Positions 19,209-29,036 of a DNA stretch of 64,000 nt are shown piece after piece. Below the pieces are notes generated by a model. That model saw only the letters and a list, made by a program, of their open reading frames with translations, had not been told where the DNA came from and searched no databases. Source of the stretch: a virus; the IMG/VR virus record IMGVR_UViG_3300023499_000220, positions 113,645-177,644 of that record; one strand, written 5' to 3'. A program made the translations under genes and the position numbers. The first letter of the stretch is position 1. Each line of letters starts with the position of its first letter.

Positions 19209-19888
19209 TTTGAATCACCGCCTTCGCCAAATCCGTCCAAAAAGACAAGATTTTCTTTTGTGTGTTTCTTTTTTTGTTCAATAACTTCTTTTTCAGCTTC
19301 TTGTTTGACTTTATCGTACGCTTCCAACGGACTCATAGAAGGTACTGATTTCTGCGTATCAGCAGGGACGATAGTATCATCGTTTTTGACGGCTGTCGTT
19401 ACACGACTGCAGGTTACGAGATTTCTGTCATTAAACGCAGTTACGCCATCCTCATTTGATTTAAAAATAAAGTCATACATAGCACCAACGAAGAAAGAGT
19501 TTTTAACGTTTTTCTTTGATTCGTTGACGCTGAGGAAAAAATCGTATTTTCCGTTTTTGTCGATAAACTCTCCATCCTCATTGACAGGGATGATTCGATA
19601 GGTTGAAATCTGCTGGCGAATCATATTTTTGCTGGACTCATCGGATACAACAATTCCCTTAACAGTCTTATACCGTTCATTTTTTTCATCATTATGAATC
19701 TCATAAATTTGAAAAATAAAATAAGCGGCGCACATCAAGCCGATGAGAAGAATCTTCCACTCCTGCATTACAACAACACCGAAAATAGAAGCAATCAAGA
19801 ACAGAATAGCGATAAGCCCATTCTTCACATACATAGATGTGATAAGAGATTTGCAATCCGGATGATAAATCTTAGACATTTTATTCAC
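19205..19888 (-). CDS. membrane protein (227 aa)
   Basis: Two TM helices near the N-terminus. Confidence 0.4.
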   Translation of the reverse strand: MNKMSKIYHPDCKSLITSMYVKNGLIAILFLIASIFGVVVMQEWKILLIGLMCAAYFIFQIYEIHNDEKNERYKTVKGIVVSDESSKNMIRQQISTYRIIPVNEDGEFIDKNGKYDFFLSVNESKKNVKNSFFVGAMYDFIFKSNEDGVTAFNDRNLVTCSRVTTAVKNDDTIVPADTQKSVPSMSPLEAYDKVKQEAEKEVIEQKKKHTKENLVFLDGFGEGGDSK

Positions 19889-20942
19889 CGCCTTCTACGT
19901 TAGAATCTTTATCTGCGCTGTTTGTCGTACTGGCAGACTGTAAAATGCTTGCACCCTGCTCATTCAGAACATCCTCGATTGTCTTGTCGCGTAGTTTAAT
20001 GCTGGACAAGACGACATCGTAAGACTCCCCAGACGAAGTAGTTACCCGTGCGATATATTGAATGGTCGTATCCCCCGCAAGCAATGCGCCATCTATTGTT
20101 TGCTTCTGACGATTTCCATCTTTATCTTCGGTCTCAACCACATACATATCCTGTGACGCTTTTTGTGCAGATACAGAAGACGTCATAACAATATCTCCGG
20201 CCTTCATATCAGAGGTCGCGAACTTGTTTACGATAGAACCTGTTCTATCCACAAAGAACACGGGAGTATCCTGCTGCATCTTCCCGTCGCCGTCTACGAA
20301 ATGCGAACCGCATAAGGATTCGTATTCGTTGACACTCAAAGTCTTATAGCTGAGTTCTGAATCCTCGATGGTATCCCCGGAAGGAATATCCACATTTACG
20401 ACAGCAACTTTATATTCTCCGGTAAGCTGTCCACTGATTTGGACCCAGTTTGTGTATACGAAGAAGCCAATAGCGATGGCGACAACGGCAACAATGAACA
20501 TTGCGATACCGATATTACGCTTGTTATTGTTTTTAATGATTTGTGCCTGTTCTAGGATTTCCTTACTGGCATGCTTAGTATCTTTAAGCGTCTGGTTTGC
20601 TTCATCCAGTGTATCGCTTGTCTTTGTAAGCACTTCGTAAGCTTTGGTCTCTCTATGGCCGACATTCACATTCAGCCCTTTTGCGCCATTGTTGTTGGCA
20701 GACTTTGCATTGTTATATTCGGCGCGAAGCGTTTCCACAACGGAATCGTCAAGCGTCATCTGTTCCCCGTTGGGCAGAATTACCGTACCATCATCATAGA
20801 CATCGAAAACACGTTCCTTGCCTTCATACATGGCGCGTACCTGACCGATAACGTAATGTTCGTTCATGTTTATCACACCCCTTATCTCTTGTACTTTTCG
20901 AACACCTTGCGCGAAGGAGCTCTCGGGCCGCACATCTTGCAC
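19881..20942 (-). CDS. single-pass membrane protein with possible SAF/CpaB-like domain (353 aa)
   Basis: The TM segment FIVAVVAIAIGFFVY is followed by YKVAVVNVDIPSGDTIEDSEL, which resembles CpaB/SAF. Weak. Confidence 0.35.
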   Translation of the reverse strand: MQDVRPESSFAQGVRKVQEIRGVINMNEHYVIGQVRAMYEGKERVFDVYDDGTVILPNGEQMTLDDSVVETLRAEYNNAKSANNNGAKGLNVNVGHRETKAYEVLTKTSDTLDEANQTLKDTKHASKEILEQAQIIKNNNKRNIGIAMFIVAVVAIAIGFFVYTNWVQISGQLTGEYKVAVVNVDIPSGDTIEDSELSYKTLSVNEYESLCGSHFVDGDGKMQQDTPVFFVDRTGSIVNKFATSDMKAGDIVMTSSVSAQKASQDMYVVETEDKDGNRQKQTIDGALLAGDTTIQYIARVTTSSGESYDVVLSSIKLRDKTIEDVLNEQGASILQSASTTNSADKDSNVEGGE

Positions 20943-21376
20943 TTTTTACTCTGCTCAACATAATCAATGAGCATCTGACGTTCCCATTCAAGGTATTCGT
21001 CCATATTTTTTTCTTTCCATGAATCGAATTTGCCGTATGAAACACCGAGATAACTGGCGAATATGCTGACAGCATTCAGCATATAATCATTCGGGATTAC
21101 AACCCTTTTCCCGTCCAGATTGTAAGCATGTCCCGTAGTGATTTTGTTTCTTGTCTGTCCTATCTTCATTCGCCTCGTTTCTGTGTTCTTCTTTACCTGA
21201 GTTTCTCTTCTTAGGGTACTGCAGGACTTGCAATATTGAGTATTTTTGGCGGTAGAATAAAAAATTCTGCCGCATTCCTTGCATTTGCGTTCGTACGTTA
21301 TGGTTTTAGGAGTTGTACTTTGTTTTTGGGTTTCTGTATGGTTGCTGTTTTCAGAAGTACAATGATTCCGAGCCAT
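20882..21376 (-). CDS. zinc-ribbon protein (164 aa)
   Basis: CKECG...CKSCS and CKMCG motifs. Confidence 0.4.
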   Translation of the reverse strand: MARNHCTSENSNHTETQKQSTTPKTITYERKCKECGRIFYSTAKNTQYCKSCSTLRRETQVKKNTETRRMKIGQTRNKITTGHAYNLDGKRVVIPNDYMLNAVSIFASYLGVSYGKFDSWKEKNMDEYLEWERQMLIDYVEQSKKCKMCGPRAPSRKVFEKYKR

Positions 21377-21392
21377 AATCTGTACCTCTTAT

Positions 21393-22454
21393 TTAAACGC
21401 GAGCGTCAATCAGGCAATTCAGCAGCCCGTTCGCGTCACAGCCAAACAATAAGCATCCGAACACACCAATGGCATGTCCTTTTCTGGTAGAGAATGTTCC
21501 TGCCGTAACACCAAGATGCCCGGCAATCTGCTCATCTGTCCAGTTGTACTTTTTCCCCTCAATCATTGCAAGGATAACGTCATAATAACGTTGACCAAGC
21601 GGAAACTGTTTCATGATTTCGACAGCCCCTCGTATGAGTTTCACATACTCCACAATGAGATAGGCATCGCTTCTGTTTTTATCAGAAACTTTGATTTTAC
21701 TCAAATCTTCGTACGAAGAAGACCCAAGCAGCTTCATGGCGGGGTCCTTTGACCGTGAGGCACGATACAGAATACGCGTGTATTCCGTAAGGAGCAGCGG
21801 AACATTATGATAAAGGCTTGCTTCTTCTACCCCGTCCACATCACTGCTTGTCATCAGGATTTTATAATATTCCTTGATAACACTACCTGCTGTATTGTAA
21901 ACGGATTCAATGCACCGCTCGCAATACTTCATGATTTTGATGCGTCCATTCTTCGGAAGAACGGCGGGATTCAAAAAGCAATCAAACACCTCCCGCATGC
22001 TGGAACAATAATCGACTTCGTACAAGAGTTCTAACCGCGACTCCTCAATGGCGTCAAGAAGCATCTGACAACTTTCGAAGTATTCTTTGCGTTTCCTGAA
22101 ATGCAAAGACTCTTCCTCAATGTTCGGAGCCAGCCAGCTCTGAATACGGCGCAAACGGGAAATGGCTTCGACATCGCACATCTCATCGTCGTGAACGTTT
22201 TCACAGTTCTGCATCATGACATCAAGGTCTTGTGCCTGCATCATCCATTTGAGTGCCGGATACAATATCATCAGAACAGCCGCTTCTTTCAGTTCCGGCC
22301 GCTCTTCCACAACACGGTTTACGCACTTTGTCAGCACATAAGAATTGGGGATGTCTCCGCCAAAACTTCTACGCAGAACAATGTTGTCCTGCATAATAGC
22401 ATCGAGCAATGCGTAAAGCTGCTGTTCTTGGGCTTTATTCAATGCTTCGGACAA
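21393..22454 (-). CDS. divergent sigma-factor-like protein (353 aa)
   Basis: The C-terminal LGQRYYDVILAMIEGKKYNWTDEQIAGHLGVTAGTFSTRKGHA fits the sigma-70 region 4 HTH pattern (RxVfxLrxxeGxsxxEIAxxLGxsxgTVKSRlhRA). Confidence 0.4.
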   Translation of the reverse strand: MSEALNKAQEQQLYALLDAIMQDNIVLRRSFGGDIPNSYVLTKCVNRVVEERPELKEAAVLMILYPALKWMMQAQDLDVMMQNCENVHDDEMCDVEAISRLRRIQSWLAPNIEEESLHFRKRKEYFESCQMLLDAIEESRLELLYEVDYCSSMREVFDCFLNPAVLPKNGRIKIMKYCERCIESVYNTAGSVIKEYYKILMTSSDVDGVEEASLYHNVPLLLTEYTRILYRASRSKDPAMKLLGSSSYEDLSKIKVSDKNRSDAYLIVEYVKLIRGAVEIMKQFPLGQRYYDVILAMIEGKKYNWTDEQIAGHLGVTAGTFSTRKGHAIGVFGCLLFGCDANGLLNCLIDARV

Positions 22455-22894
22455 TTTGCCTTCCCTCCTTTCGCAAGATTCGTTTCAATATGAATATGTG
22501 TGTTATCATGTACGGTTTCGGACAAAAGGCCACTATAATGGAACATGACCTTGTACTTCTTTGCGCTACAGGCATATTTGAGTCGTGCCCAAAGGTCTTT
22601 GTTATGACTGGGCTCAGTATCGCCGTCCTCTACGCCAAAAGAAGCTCCAGTACGCGCAATCGCATTATCGCTGCTGAATACGACAATCTGAGACCCTGTT
22701 GGCAAACCGATGTTCTCGATAATGCGGCAGAGCTCTGCCAATTTCAGCCTTGTATAACCAATTGGAGTAGCCATAAAATAAGTATCCTTCTGTCTATCCG
22801 ACTTGGCGGAAGGATTTACGACAAAACTGTGAACGCACACCTCCCCATTCAGTTCCGGCGTTTTGACGATATCAAGATAAATAATAGCGGCCAT
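22439..22894 (-). CDS. RNase H-like protein (151 aa)
   Basis: The ordered acidic residues (IYLDI, LAELC, VFSSDN, DLWARL...HYSGL) are compatible with RNase HI. Confidence 0.35.
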   Translation of the reverse strand: MAAIIYLDIVKTPELNGEVCVHSFVVNPSAKSDRQKDTYFMATPIGYTRLKLAELCRIIENIGLPTGSQIVVFSSDNAIARTGASFGVEDGDTEPSHNKDLWARLKYACSAKKYKVMFHYSGLLSETVHDNTHIHIETNLAKGGKANCPKH

Positions 22895-22920
22895 AAATCG
22901 CTCCCCCTAATGTACAGTAA

Positions 22921-22949
22921 TTGACTTTTTCGCGTTTTTGTGGTATTAT
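22921..22949 (+). promoter_or_regulatory. Family-B promoter copy on the plus strand (TTGACT-17-TGGTATTAT)
   Basis: ttgact-ttttcgcgtttttgtgg-tattat. Drives the plus-strand gene 23049..23711. Confidence 0.5.
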
Positions 22950-23048
22950 ATAAGTGCAGTAAAGGTATAATTTATATTACCGGTTACAAAGATTGTTGTT
23001 TTCGGTAATTATATAAACTTGTCTGTTAAACCAAGCAGGAGGGAAATT

Positions 23049-23711
23049 ATGAGTAACAATATCAACAACAACCACGAATCGGTAGAGAATATCTTCAATG
23101 CTTTCTTGATGGGAGGTAAAATGAACACTGCTTCCAAGCAAGAACGGGCAAAAATTGTAGATACCTTTATGGAACAGGCAAAATCTTGCTTTGTTGACAC
23201 GGAGAATACCGTGAAATATCTGAATGTTCTGATGGAACGGACGAGACTCCGTTATGGGTTTACCGCTGATGAATTTGCAGCAATGTTGGGATACAGCAGC
23301 ACTGCCGCTTACAACAAGACATTCATGCAACCAAATGCAAATTTTGGAACTGTAGTATTTCCTTATGTGGTTCAGTTTTGCTATCTGTTTGGCTATAATT
23401 TGTCAATTCCTGATTCCGTGTCTGCTCCGCAAACAGTGGCAGACCTATACTCTTTGGAACTGGCTTCTTTTCTGATTTCTCTTGGCCCCGATGCAATGGA
23501 TGATATTTCAAGAACATTGGTCGGTGCCGAATACCTTGACCCGAATTTAAGAAAAACAAGTTCTCAAATACTTTCAAAGGCAAAGAAATACTTCTATGGT
23601 AATGATGGTGAAGCGTTACCCAATGAAGTTCAGTACCGCAACAGATTAGATAACGCTGAGAATAAGATTAAGCGTCTCGATAAAATAGAGAAAGCCAATC
23701 ACGACAAATGA
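23049..23711 (+). CDS. hypothetical protein (about 221 aa from the ATG following AGGAGG)
   Basis: Strong ribosome-binding site aggaggg 7 nt before the ATG. One of only two plus-strand genes. Confidence 0.5.
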   Translation: MSNNINNNHESVENIFNAFLMGGKMNTASKQERAKIVDTFMEQAKSCFVDTENTVKYLNVLMERTRLRYGFTADEFAAMLGYSSTAAYNKTFMQPNANFGTVVFPYVVQFCYLFGYNLSIPDSVSAPQTVADLYSLELASFLISLGPDAMDDISRTLVGAEYLDPNLRKTSSQILSKAKKYFYGNDGEALPNEVQYRNRLDNAENKIKRLDKIEKANHDK

Positions 23712-24176
23712 TTAGCCGCCAAACATATCGGCTAACTGTAATGCAAGCATCGCTTCTTCTGAAATAGGAGGCGGTGCTTCTTCTGTTTTGGGAGTTGTGT
23801 TGATGGTTTGTGTGTCTGTAATGTTTTGGGGGGAGTAATTTGAAGCTGGCGCAGCTACCGCAATCCCGTTTTTCTGAATGCTGCTTGTCACTGCATCTAC
23901 AATCTGAGGAATACAGCTTCTGATTTCTTCTGCTATTGTGTTTTGCAGTTCCTCTTTTAAGATGGACTGCGCTTCTTGCATCTCATGTTGTTTTGTAGCC
24001 TTGTCGATTATAGCATTCACAACCGCATCGGTTTTTCCGCCGCGTTGCAAACTGTTCAGATAATCATATACAAGTACATGATTGTCTTTGCTTAAATCAA
24101 AAACAAGTGTGGTTCGTACCGTCGTGCCAACGGTCTCTTTTTCTGTTTCATTCTTTTTGGGACGTCCACGCGGCAT
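23712..24176 (-). CDS. parR: ParR-like centromere-binding adaptor (154 aa)
   Basis: Immediately downstream of parM. N-terminal AT-hook-like GRPKK and a ribbon-helix-helix-like segment TLVFDLSKDNHVLVYDYLNSL. Confidence 0.45.
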   Translation of the reverse strand: MPRGRPKKNETEKETVGTTVRTTLVFDLSKDNHVLVYDYLNSLQRGGKTDAVVNAIIDKATKQHEMQEAQSILKEELQNTIAEEIRSCIPQIVDAVTSSIQKNGIAVAAPASNYSPQNITDTQTINTTPKTEEAPPPISEEAMLALQLADMFGG

Positions 24177-24209
24177 TCAGTGCTCACCACGCTTTCGAAA
24201 ACGGTGCTC

Positions 24210-25169
24210 TTAAATTTCACCGCTCATGGTCAGCTTTGCACGAGCCATGATTTCATATCCTTTTGCATTTGCGGTTACATCCGTCAAGAAGAAAAGGTTC
24301 TTGGTGTCAATGGCTCGCTCGATGCTTTCGCGCATCATAGCAGAACCACCACCCATAAAGATGAAATAGGATGTTTTGAAATCGTCCTTGATTTTTTCGG
24401 AAATCGTACGAATCAATGCTGTTGCATAATTGTCTGCGGTTTCCTTGGCAATTTTCACGGCGTTTTCATCGACCAGCATGTTGTTGTTCCCTGCAAGGAT
24501 TGCCTCAGCCATGTAGTCATCGACCGACAAGGAACAATGGACACGCAGCTCGCTCTCGACAGTGCTCAGGAGTTCAATGACTCCACGGTCATAGCTTTCG
24601 CAGAAAGAAAGGTCCGGAGCATAAGTGTTGCTGCGACCAGAGAAACGAATCACATCCGTGGTATACCCGCCGATGTCTACAACATAAGAACGGGGATAGC
24701 GCTTGATTTCCTTCTGAATCTCGCCTGCTGCCGTAATAGAAAAGCCCTGAGGATAGACAAAGACGTGCTTGACAGTAATCTCGAACGGGATATCTTTGTA
24801 CATGAAATTGATGAGTTTCCCGTTTTTGCCGAAATACTCATCATACTTCGCTTTCAGGGACATATGCTGCGGGGGCAAGCCCATCGCGAGGCATACATCG
24901 TATTTGTAGAATTTCTGATTGGGATACTTCTTTATAAGGTTCTTTGCTACGGCAATCAGCGTCAGCAAAAAGTAAGTATCATCCTTCGTCTTATCCTGCT
25001 GATAAGGCGTGCGGCTGTCATTGAGAGAATAATACTTCCCCATATAGCACATCGTCTCTCCCTTGATAGCCGGTTCAGTCGTACCGTGACGAACAAGACC
25101 AGTGGGAAACGGCTCACAGCCAGGCGTCTTCATTGCCTTGTTTCCGGTATCTACTCCAATAATCTCCAT
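24210..25169 (-). CDS. parM: ParM/StbA-type actin-like segregation ATPase (320 aa from MEIIGVD; ORF open to 25346)
   Basis: Phosphate-1 motif IGVDTGNKAMK and phosphate-2 motif VVDIGGYTTDV. GGAGG ribosome-binding site 7 nt upstream of the ATG at 25169. Confidence 0.8.
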   Translation of the reverse strand: MEIIGVDTGNKAMKTPGCEPFPTGLVRHGTTEPAIKGETMCYMGKYYSLNDSRTPYQQDKTKDDTYFLLTLIAVAKNLIKKYPNQKFYKYDVCLAMGLPPQHMSLKAKYDEYFGKNGKLINFMYKDIPFEITVKHVFVYPQGFSITAAGEIQKEIKRYPRSYVVDIGGYTTDVIRFSGRSNTYAPDLSFCESYDRGVIELLSTVESELRVHCSLSVDDYMAEAILAGNNNMLVDENAVKIAKETADNYATALIRTISEKIKDDFKTSYFIFMGGGSAMMRESIERAIDTKNLFFLTDVTANAKGYEIMARAKLTMSGEI

Positions 25170-25406
25170 AAAAAATCCTCCGAACGAGTCGCAATATAGT
25201 TGAAAGTACGAATTTTGGGATACTCTGCGTGATAAAATATAAGTGTCTACCAGATAACAATGGGACTCACTGACTGATGCATAGCGGTTGTTAAAATGGA
25301 AAGAACAACTAATATACAACTGTCTGTTGTTATCATGATACCACACATGCAGTTGTCCAGCAACGAACTTTTGTTCGCATAGGCAACAAAAAGAAAGGAG
25401 TTATTT

Positions 25407-25637
25407 ATGCCATCCACCTTTGATACCATGGTAGGAAAGCGAATCAAAAAGCAACGAATGGAAATCAATTACAGCCAAGAACAGTTGGCGGCAAGCACGA
25501 ATTGTTCCTATCGCTGCATCCAAAAATGGGAGTCAGGAAAGACGATGCCGCGAGCACAAATGCTATGCAATTTAGCAAAAGCCTTACATGTTTCGTCTGA
25601 CTGGCTGCTTGGTATTTCCAATGACAGGAACGGTTAA
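25407..25637 (+). CDS. XRE-family HTH transcriptional regulator (76 aa)
   Basis: QEQLAASTNCSYRCIQKWESGKTMP is a typical Cro/C1 HTH. Divergent from parM. Confidence 0.75.
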   Translation: MPSTFDTMVGKRIKKQRMEINYSQEQLAASTNCSYRCIQKWESGKTMPRAQMLCNLAKALHVSSDWLLGISNDRNG

Positions 25638-26983
25638 TTGTTTACCGGAAAAACCAGCGTCTTAGCGATTGTCTCAGCAAGGTCTTGAAACTCGCTCTCA
25701 ACGTGCTCCGGGATAAAACCGATAGCAGCTTCCCTCTTCAAAACGTCGATAGCCTTCGTAAACTGAGAACGGGTGTACGAATACCCCCAACGAAGACCAT
25801 CGGCGTTTTGCTGTAGAATTTCGCAAAGTGGGTCCAGTACAACAAACATGATTTCCTTCACGTTGTTTTCCGTGCAGATACGCATAGCCTCGATAGCTCC
25901 GGCAAAGCCGTACTCCCATTCATCGCTCGTGTGTCCACACATACCGTGGATGATTCGCTTGTCTCCCATATCTACCACGATACCGTAAGCGCCTTCACGC
26001 GTCTCGTCGTTGTAAACGCAAGTGAGGAATACATTCGTACGGAATGCATTCGAAGCCTTCATGGCGGAATCATATTTTGAACCACGGTCGCTCTTCATCG
26101 GAACAATGCCGGTAATAGAAAGCTTGTCTGTCTTAGGCTTCTCCATCTGCATACCGGACTGTCCACGAGCCATGATTGCACTATTCCCTTTCTGAGGAGA
26201 TTCTGTGCGCTGTGCAGGCTGTGAAACAGGCTTCTGAACGGGTTTCGCCTCTGACTTCATTTCCGGTGCAGAAGCCGTCTTATCCGTCACGGGCTTTTTA
26301 TCCTTAGCCGGAATGACAGGAGGCTTGGGCTGTTCCGAAATCTGTTCGGAAACAGGAGGCTTTGCAATCACCGGAGCGACCTTCTTCTGTTCCGGTTCGG
26401 CATCTTTCGGCCCTTGTTCGTTTTCTTCCGTTTTGTTCAGAACCGTTTCAAAAACATGGAGCGCTTCCTTCGTTTTAGACTCGGTAGCCTCATTTTTGGA
26501 TTCGTCCTTTACAGGAAGAGATTCTTCTTTTACGGGTTCATCCTTTGTTGCAGGCTTGACGGCGGGATTTGATTGCGGTTTCGGTTCTTTCTTAGCGGTG
26601 ACACCGAAAAGGTTTGCGAGACGTTCTTCCTCTTTCTTCTTCCTTTCAGCTTCCTGCTTCTTGCGTTCTTCCGCAAGCTTACGTTCCTGCTCTGCCTTTT
26701 CGGCTTCTTCTTTTTCAATTTGCTTGCGCATCTTTGCGCGGCGAGCTTCCTCGATGCGCTTTGCTTCTTCTTCTTCTTTCTTTTTCTTTTCGAGATACTC
26801 AGAGTGAATCGGACGAGATGTCGTGGGAGCTGCCTGCAGAGGCTTCTTTGCTTCCACCTGTTCCCCCTTATTCTCCTCCTTCTTGAGTTTTTCCTTTTCT
26901 GCGGCATCAACTTTGCGCTGTGTCATATTGTTGAACAGCTTATTCAACGCCTCAGACTCGGCGATATAAGACTCCTTACTCAT
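25634..26983 (-). CDS. Lys/Glu-rich low-complexity protein with C-terminal RNase H-like domain (449 aa)
   Basis: Long KE-repeat segment. The C-terminal 150 aa (VFLTCVYND...TSDEWEYGFAGAIEAM...FVVLDP...ESEFQDLAE) has RNase H-like D-E-D-D spacing. Confidence 0.4.
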   Translation of the reverse strand: MSKESYIAESEALNKLFNNMTQRKVDAAEKEKLKKEENKGEQVEAKKPLQAAPTTSRPIHSEYLEKKKKEEEEAKRIEEARRAKMRKQIEKEEAEKAEQERKLAEERKKQEAERKKKEEERLANLFGVTAKKEPKPQSNPAVKPATKDEPVKEESLPVKDESKNEATESKTKEALHVFETVLNKTEENEQGPKDAEPEQKKVAPVIAKPPVSEQISEQPKPPVIPAKDKKPVTDKTASAPEMKSEAKPVQKPVSQPAQRTESPQKGNSAIMARGQSGMQMEKPKTDKLSITGIVPMKSDRGSKYDSAMKASNAFRTNVFLTCVYNDETREGAYGIVVDMGDKRIIHGMCGHTSDEWEYGFAGAIEAMRICTENNVKEIMFVVLDPLCEILQQNADGLRWGYSYTRSQFTKAIDVLKREAAIGFIPEHVESEFQDLAETIAKTLVFPVNN

Positions 26984-28646
26984 TACCGGTTGCCTCCTTT
27001 TTCGTGATGAGTGTATAGATTAACTCCTCTGTAAGAGGAATAGATGTAACATTGGGCAGATGCTCGAATCGAATACCACGAGCCTTACAAATCTGCTTCG
27101 CCTTTCCGTACAAAGAATGACTCATCTGTGTAACACGGAAAATAACAATGTCACTGTTTGCGATAAGCGCATCGCAGGTAGCCAGATTACACTGGTCAAC
27201 ATACGAGATGTCCGGCTGTGCATTACGAAGCATGTTGACAAAGTTCTGCTGTCCACCGCAGAAAACAATTTTCTTGTTCTTTGCCATCTGATTCAGCTCT
27301 TTATGATAGTCTATGACTTCTGTTTCCTGTTCACAGATACCTGCATCGGAATCATCAAAGTCATCAAACTCGGAAGTTTCTGGCCGAAGCTGAATGAGCT
27401 TTCGCTCTGCGTTCGCCAACAGCTTTTCCAGTTCATGGATTCTACTCTCGGCATCATCGTTCTTTTTGCGCAAAGCCGTTTCTCGTTTCATGGATGTGGC
27501 CTTGAAATCGTAAAGTTCTTTCTTGACCTTTTCCAGTTTGGCGTTTGTACTTGCCTCAGCCACTTCCTTTTTGACTTCGGAAGCTTTTTGCTTTAGCTGC
27601 TCCTCGTATTTTTTGTTTTCGAGTTCGCGTTTTCTCAGCTTTCTCTGGTTATAGATTGTAGTGCTCTTTTCGAGAATCGCATTCTTTTGCTGCTTTTCTC
27701 CAAAAGAAGAAACAACATATTGCCAGACAAGAGCAATATAAGCATCACGAATTCCTCTGTCGATAGACGCTCTATGTACCATCTTTCTCGGGTCTACTGT
27801 GCAGCTCATTGCCATAATTGCGCAAATTCGCTCTTTCATTTTCTCCGTGATGGGGAACTTATAAAGCGAATGATGATTGACACCAATACTGGTAGAAATC
27901 CGGAAAGAACTCATACACATATCGATACGCGGACGACTGGACATATTTAACGGAGGCGCTGGAGCGACGCCATTCTTGACGGCTTGCGTAAAGAAATCCG
28001 CCATTTCCGGCATATCCCAGCTGTTACAGTCACTGTCGTATCGCAGCGCATAAATCATATCGCCGAGTGTGGCGACATCCCAGATATCGGACACTGCTTC
28101 TTTCACAAAGGCCATCATCGCTTCCGTGCCGCTGTCAGAGAAGGAGTTATCGAAATCTTTGACGATTTTCCTGATACTGTCTCCGTCCTTCACGGATGCT
28201 GCCTGAAAAATGTCCAATGCAGCCTTAAATCCACGCGTAATGGTTCTCTTACTCAAATCATTCTCGTGGAACATCTTTTCGAATAGCTTATCCGATTCGC
28301 CGTCGATTTTCTTTACAATCTGGTACAGCGTGGGATTCGTCTTATCGGCTTTGATGACCAGATACGAAAGGATATCAAGTGCCGTATCTGTCAATCCATC
28401 ATTCCCTGCAAGAATGATGGTAAGGTCATTTTCGCCTTTAAGGATTTTCCTTTTCATCTTCTGGCAATCGTTGTCTGACTGAGCCAGTTCAATGATTTCC
28501 TTCCTCAAAGGGAAGCACTCGATTAGAAAAGCAATCCGCTGATACACAAAATCAACGGTGCTGATTTTAAATTCTCGCGGGAAATCCCTGATTTCAGCAA
28601 TATCATCAGGAATCACAAAGCCGTTAATCACATTCTGTGTAACCAA
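26976..28646 (-). CDS. hypothetical coiled-coil protein (556 aa)
   Basis: Intact ORF with a central coiled-coil and a C-terminal domain of unknown function. Confidence 0.4.
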   Translation of the reverse strand: MVTQNVINGFVIPDDIAEIRDFPREFKISTVDFVYQRIAFLIECFPLRKEIIELAQSDNDCQKMKRKILKGENDLTIILAGNDGLTDTALDILSYLVIKADKTNPTLYQIVKKIDGESDKLFEKMFHENDLSKRTITRGFKAALDIFQAASVKDGDSIRKIVKDFDNSFSDSGTEAMMAFVKEAVSDIWDVATLGDMIYALRYDSDCNSWDMPEMADFFTQAVKNGVAPAPPLNMSSRPRIDMCMSSFRISTSIGVNHHSLYKFPITEKMKERICAIMAMSCTVDPRKMVHRASIDRGIRDAYIALVWQYVVSSFGEKQQKNAILEKSTTIYNQRKLRKRELENKKYEEQLKQKASEVKKEVAEASTNAKLEKVKKELYDFKATSMKRETALRKKNDDAESRIHELEKLLANAERKLIQLRPETSEFDDFDDSDAGICEQETEVIDYHKELNQMAKNKKIVFCGGQQNFVNMLRNAQPDISYVDQCNLATCDALIANSDIVIFRVTQMSHSLYGKAKQICKARGIRFEHLPNVTSIPLTEELIYTLITKKEATGNE

Positions 28647-28670
28647 GTTATCAACTCCTTCACCGGCAGT

Positions 28671-28952
28671 TTAAGTTCGATGAACTTTGTTTTTCATACA
28701 ACAAGGAAGGCAACAGACACCGTATGTGTTATTGCCCCACTCGCAATGCGCTCGACTGCAAATAACACCGCGTTGGGCTTTGACGGTTTTCTTCTCTTCT
28801 TTCTTCTTTTCGATTTCGCCTTCCCGAAGAATGGTCTTTACTTCCTTTGTTGTGATACCATACTTTCTGGCAATCTGAACGACCGTTTTTCCTCCGTTGA
28901 ATTCCTCTACAGCCTGTTCATGTGTTACGCCACAGCCAAATTTTCCGTACAT
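28671..28952 (-). CDS. HTH plus Cys-rich small protein (93 aa)
   Basis: VVQIARKYGITTKEV is HTH-like. C-terminal CxxxC...CCLPCC cluster. Confidence 0.4.
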   Translation of the reverse strand: MYGKFGCGVTHEQAVEEFNGGKTVVQIARKYGITTKEVKTILREGEIEKKKEEKKTVKAQRGVICSRAHCEWGNNTYGVCCLPCCMKNKVHRT

Positions 28953-29036
28953 GATTTAACCCTCACTCTAAATACGGCAAAAAGGCCATGCGCTCTATTT
29001 CCTATAAGAAATGGCGGTATGGCCTGTTTGCCTCGC

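Noticed and set aside
19881-20942. Possible Tad/Flp pilus CpaB-like protein, which would suggest a pilus locus.
   Set aside because: Only a short SAF-like stretch supports it. No CpaF/TadA ATPase, TadB/C or pilin genes are nearby. Kept only as a low-confidence annotation.
25170-25406. Searched the parM-XRE divergent intergenic region for parC-type iterons.
   Set aside because: Only weak, non-periodic partial repeats (caactgtctgttgtt / gcagttgtccagcaacg) were found. There is nothing like the clear iterons of known parC sites, and a centromere cannot be asserted from sequence alone.
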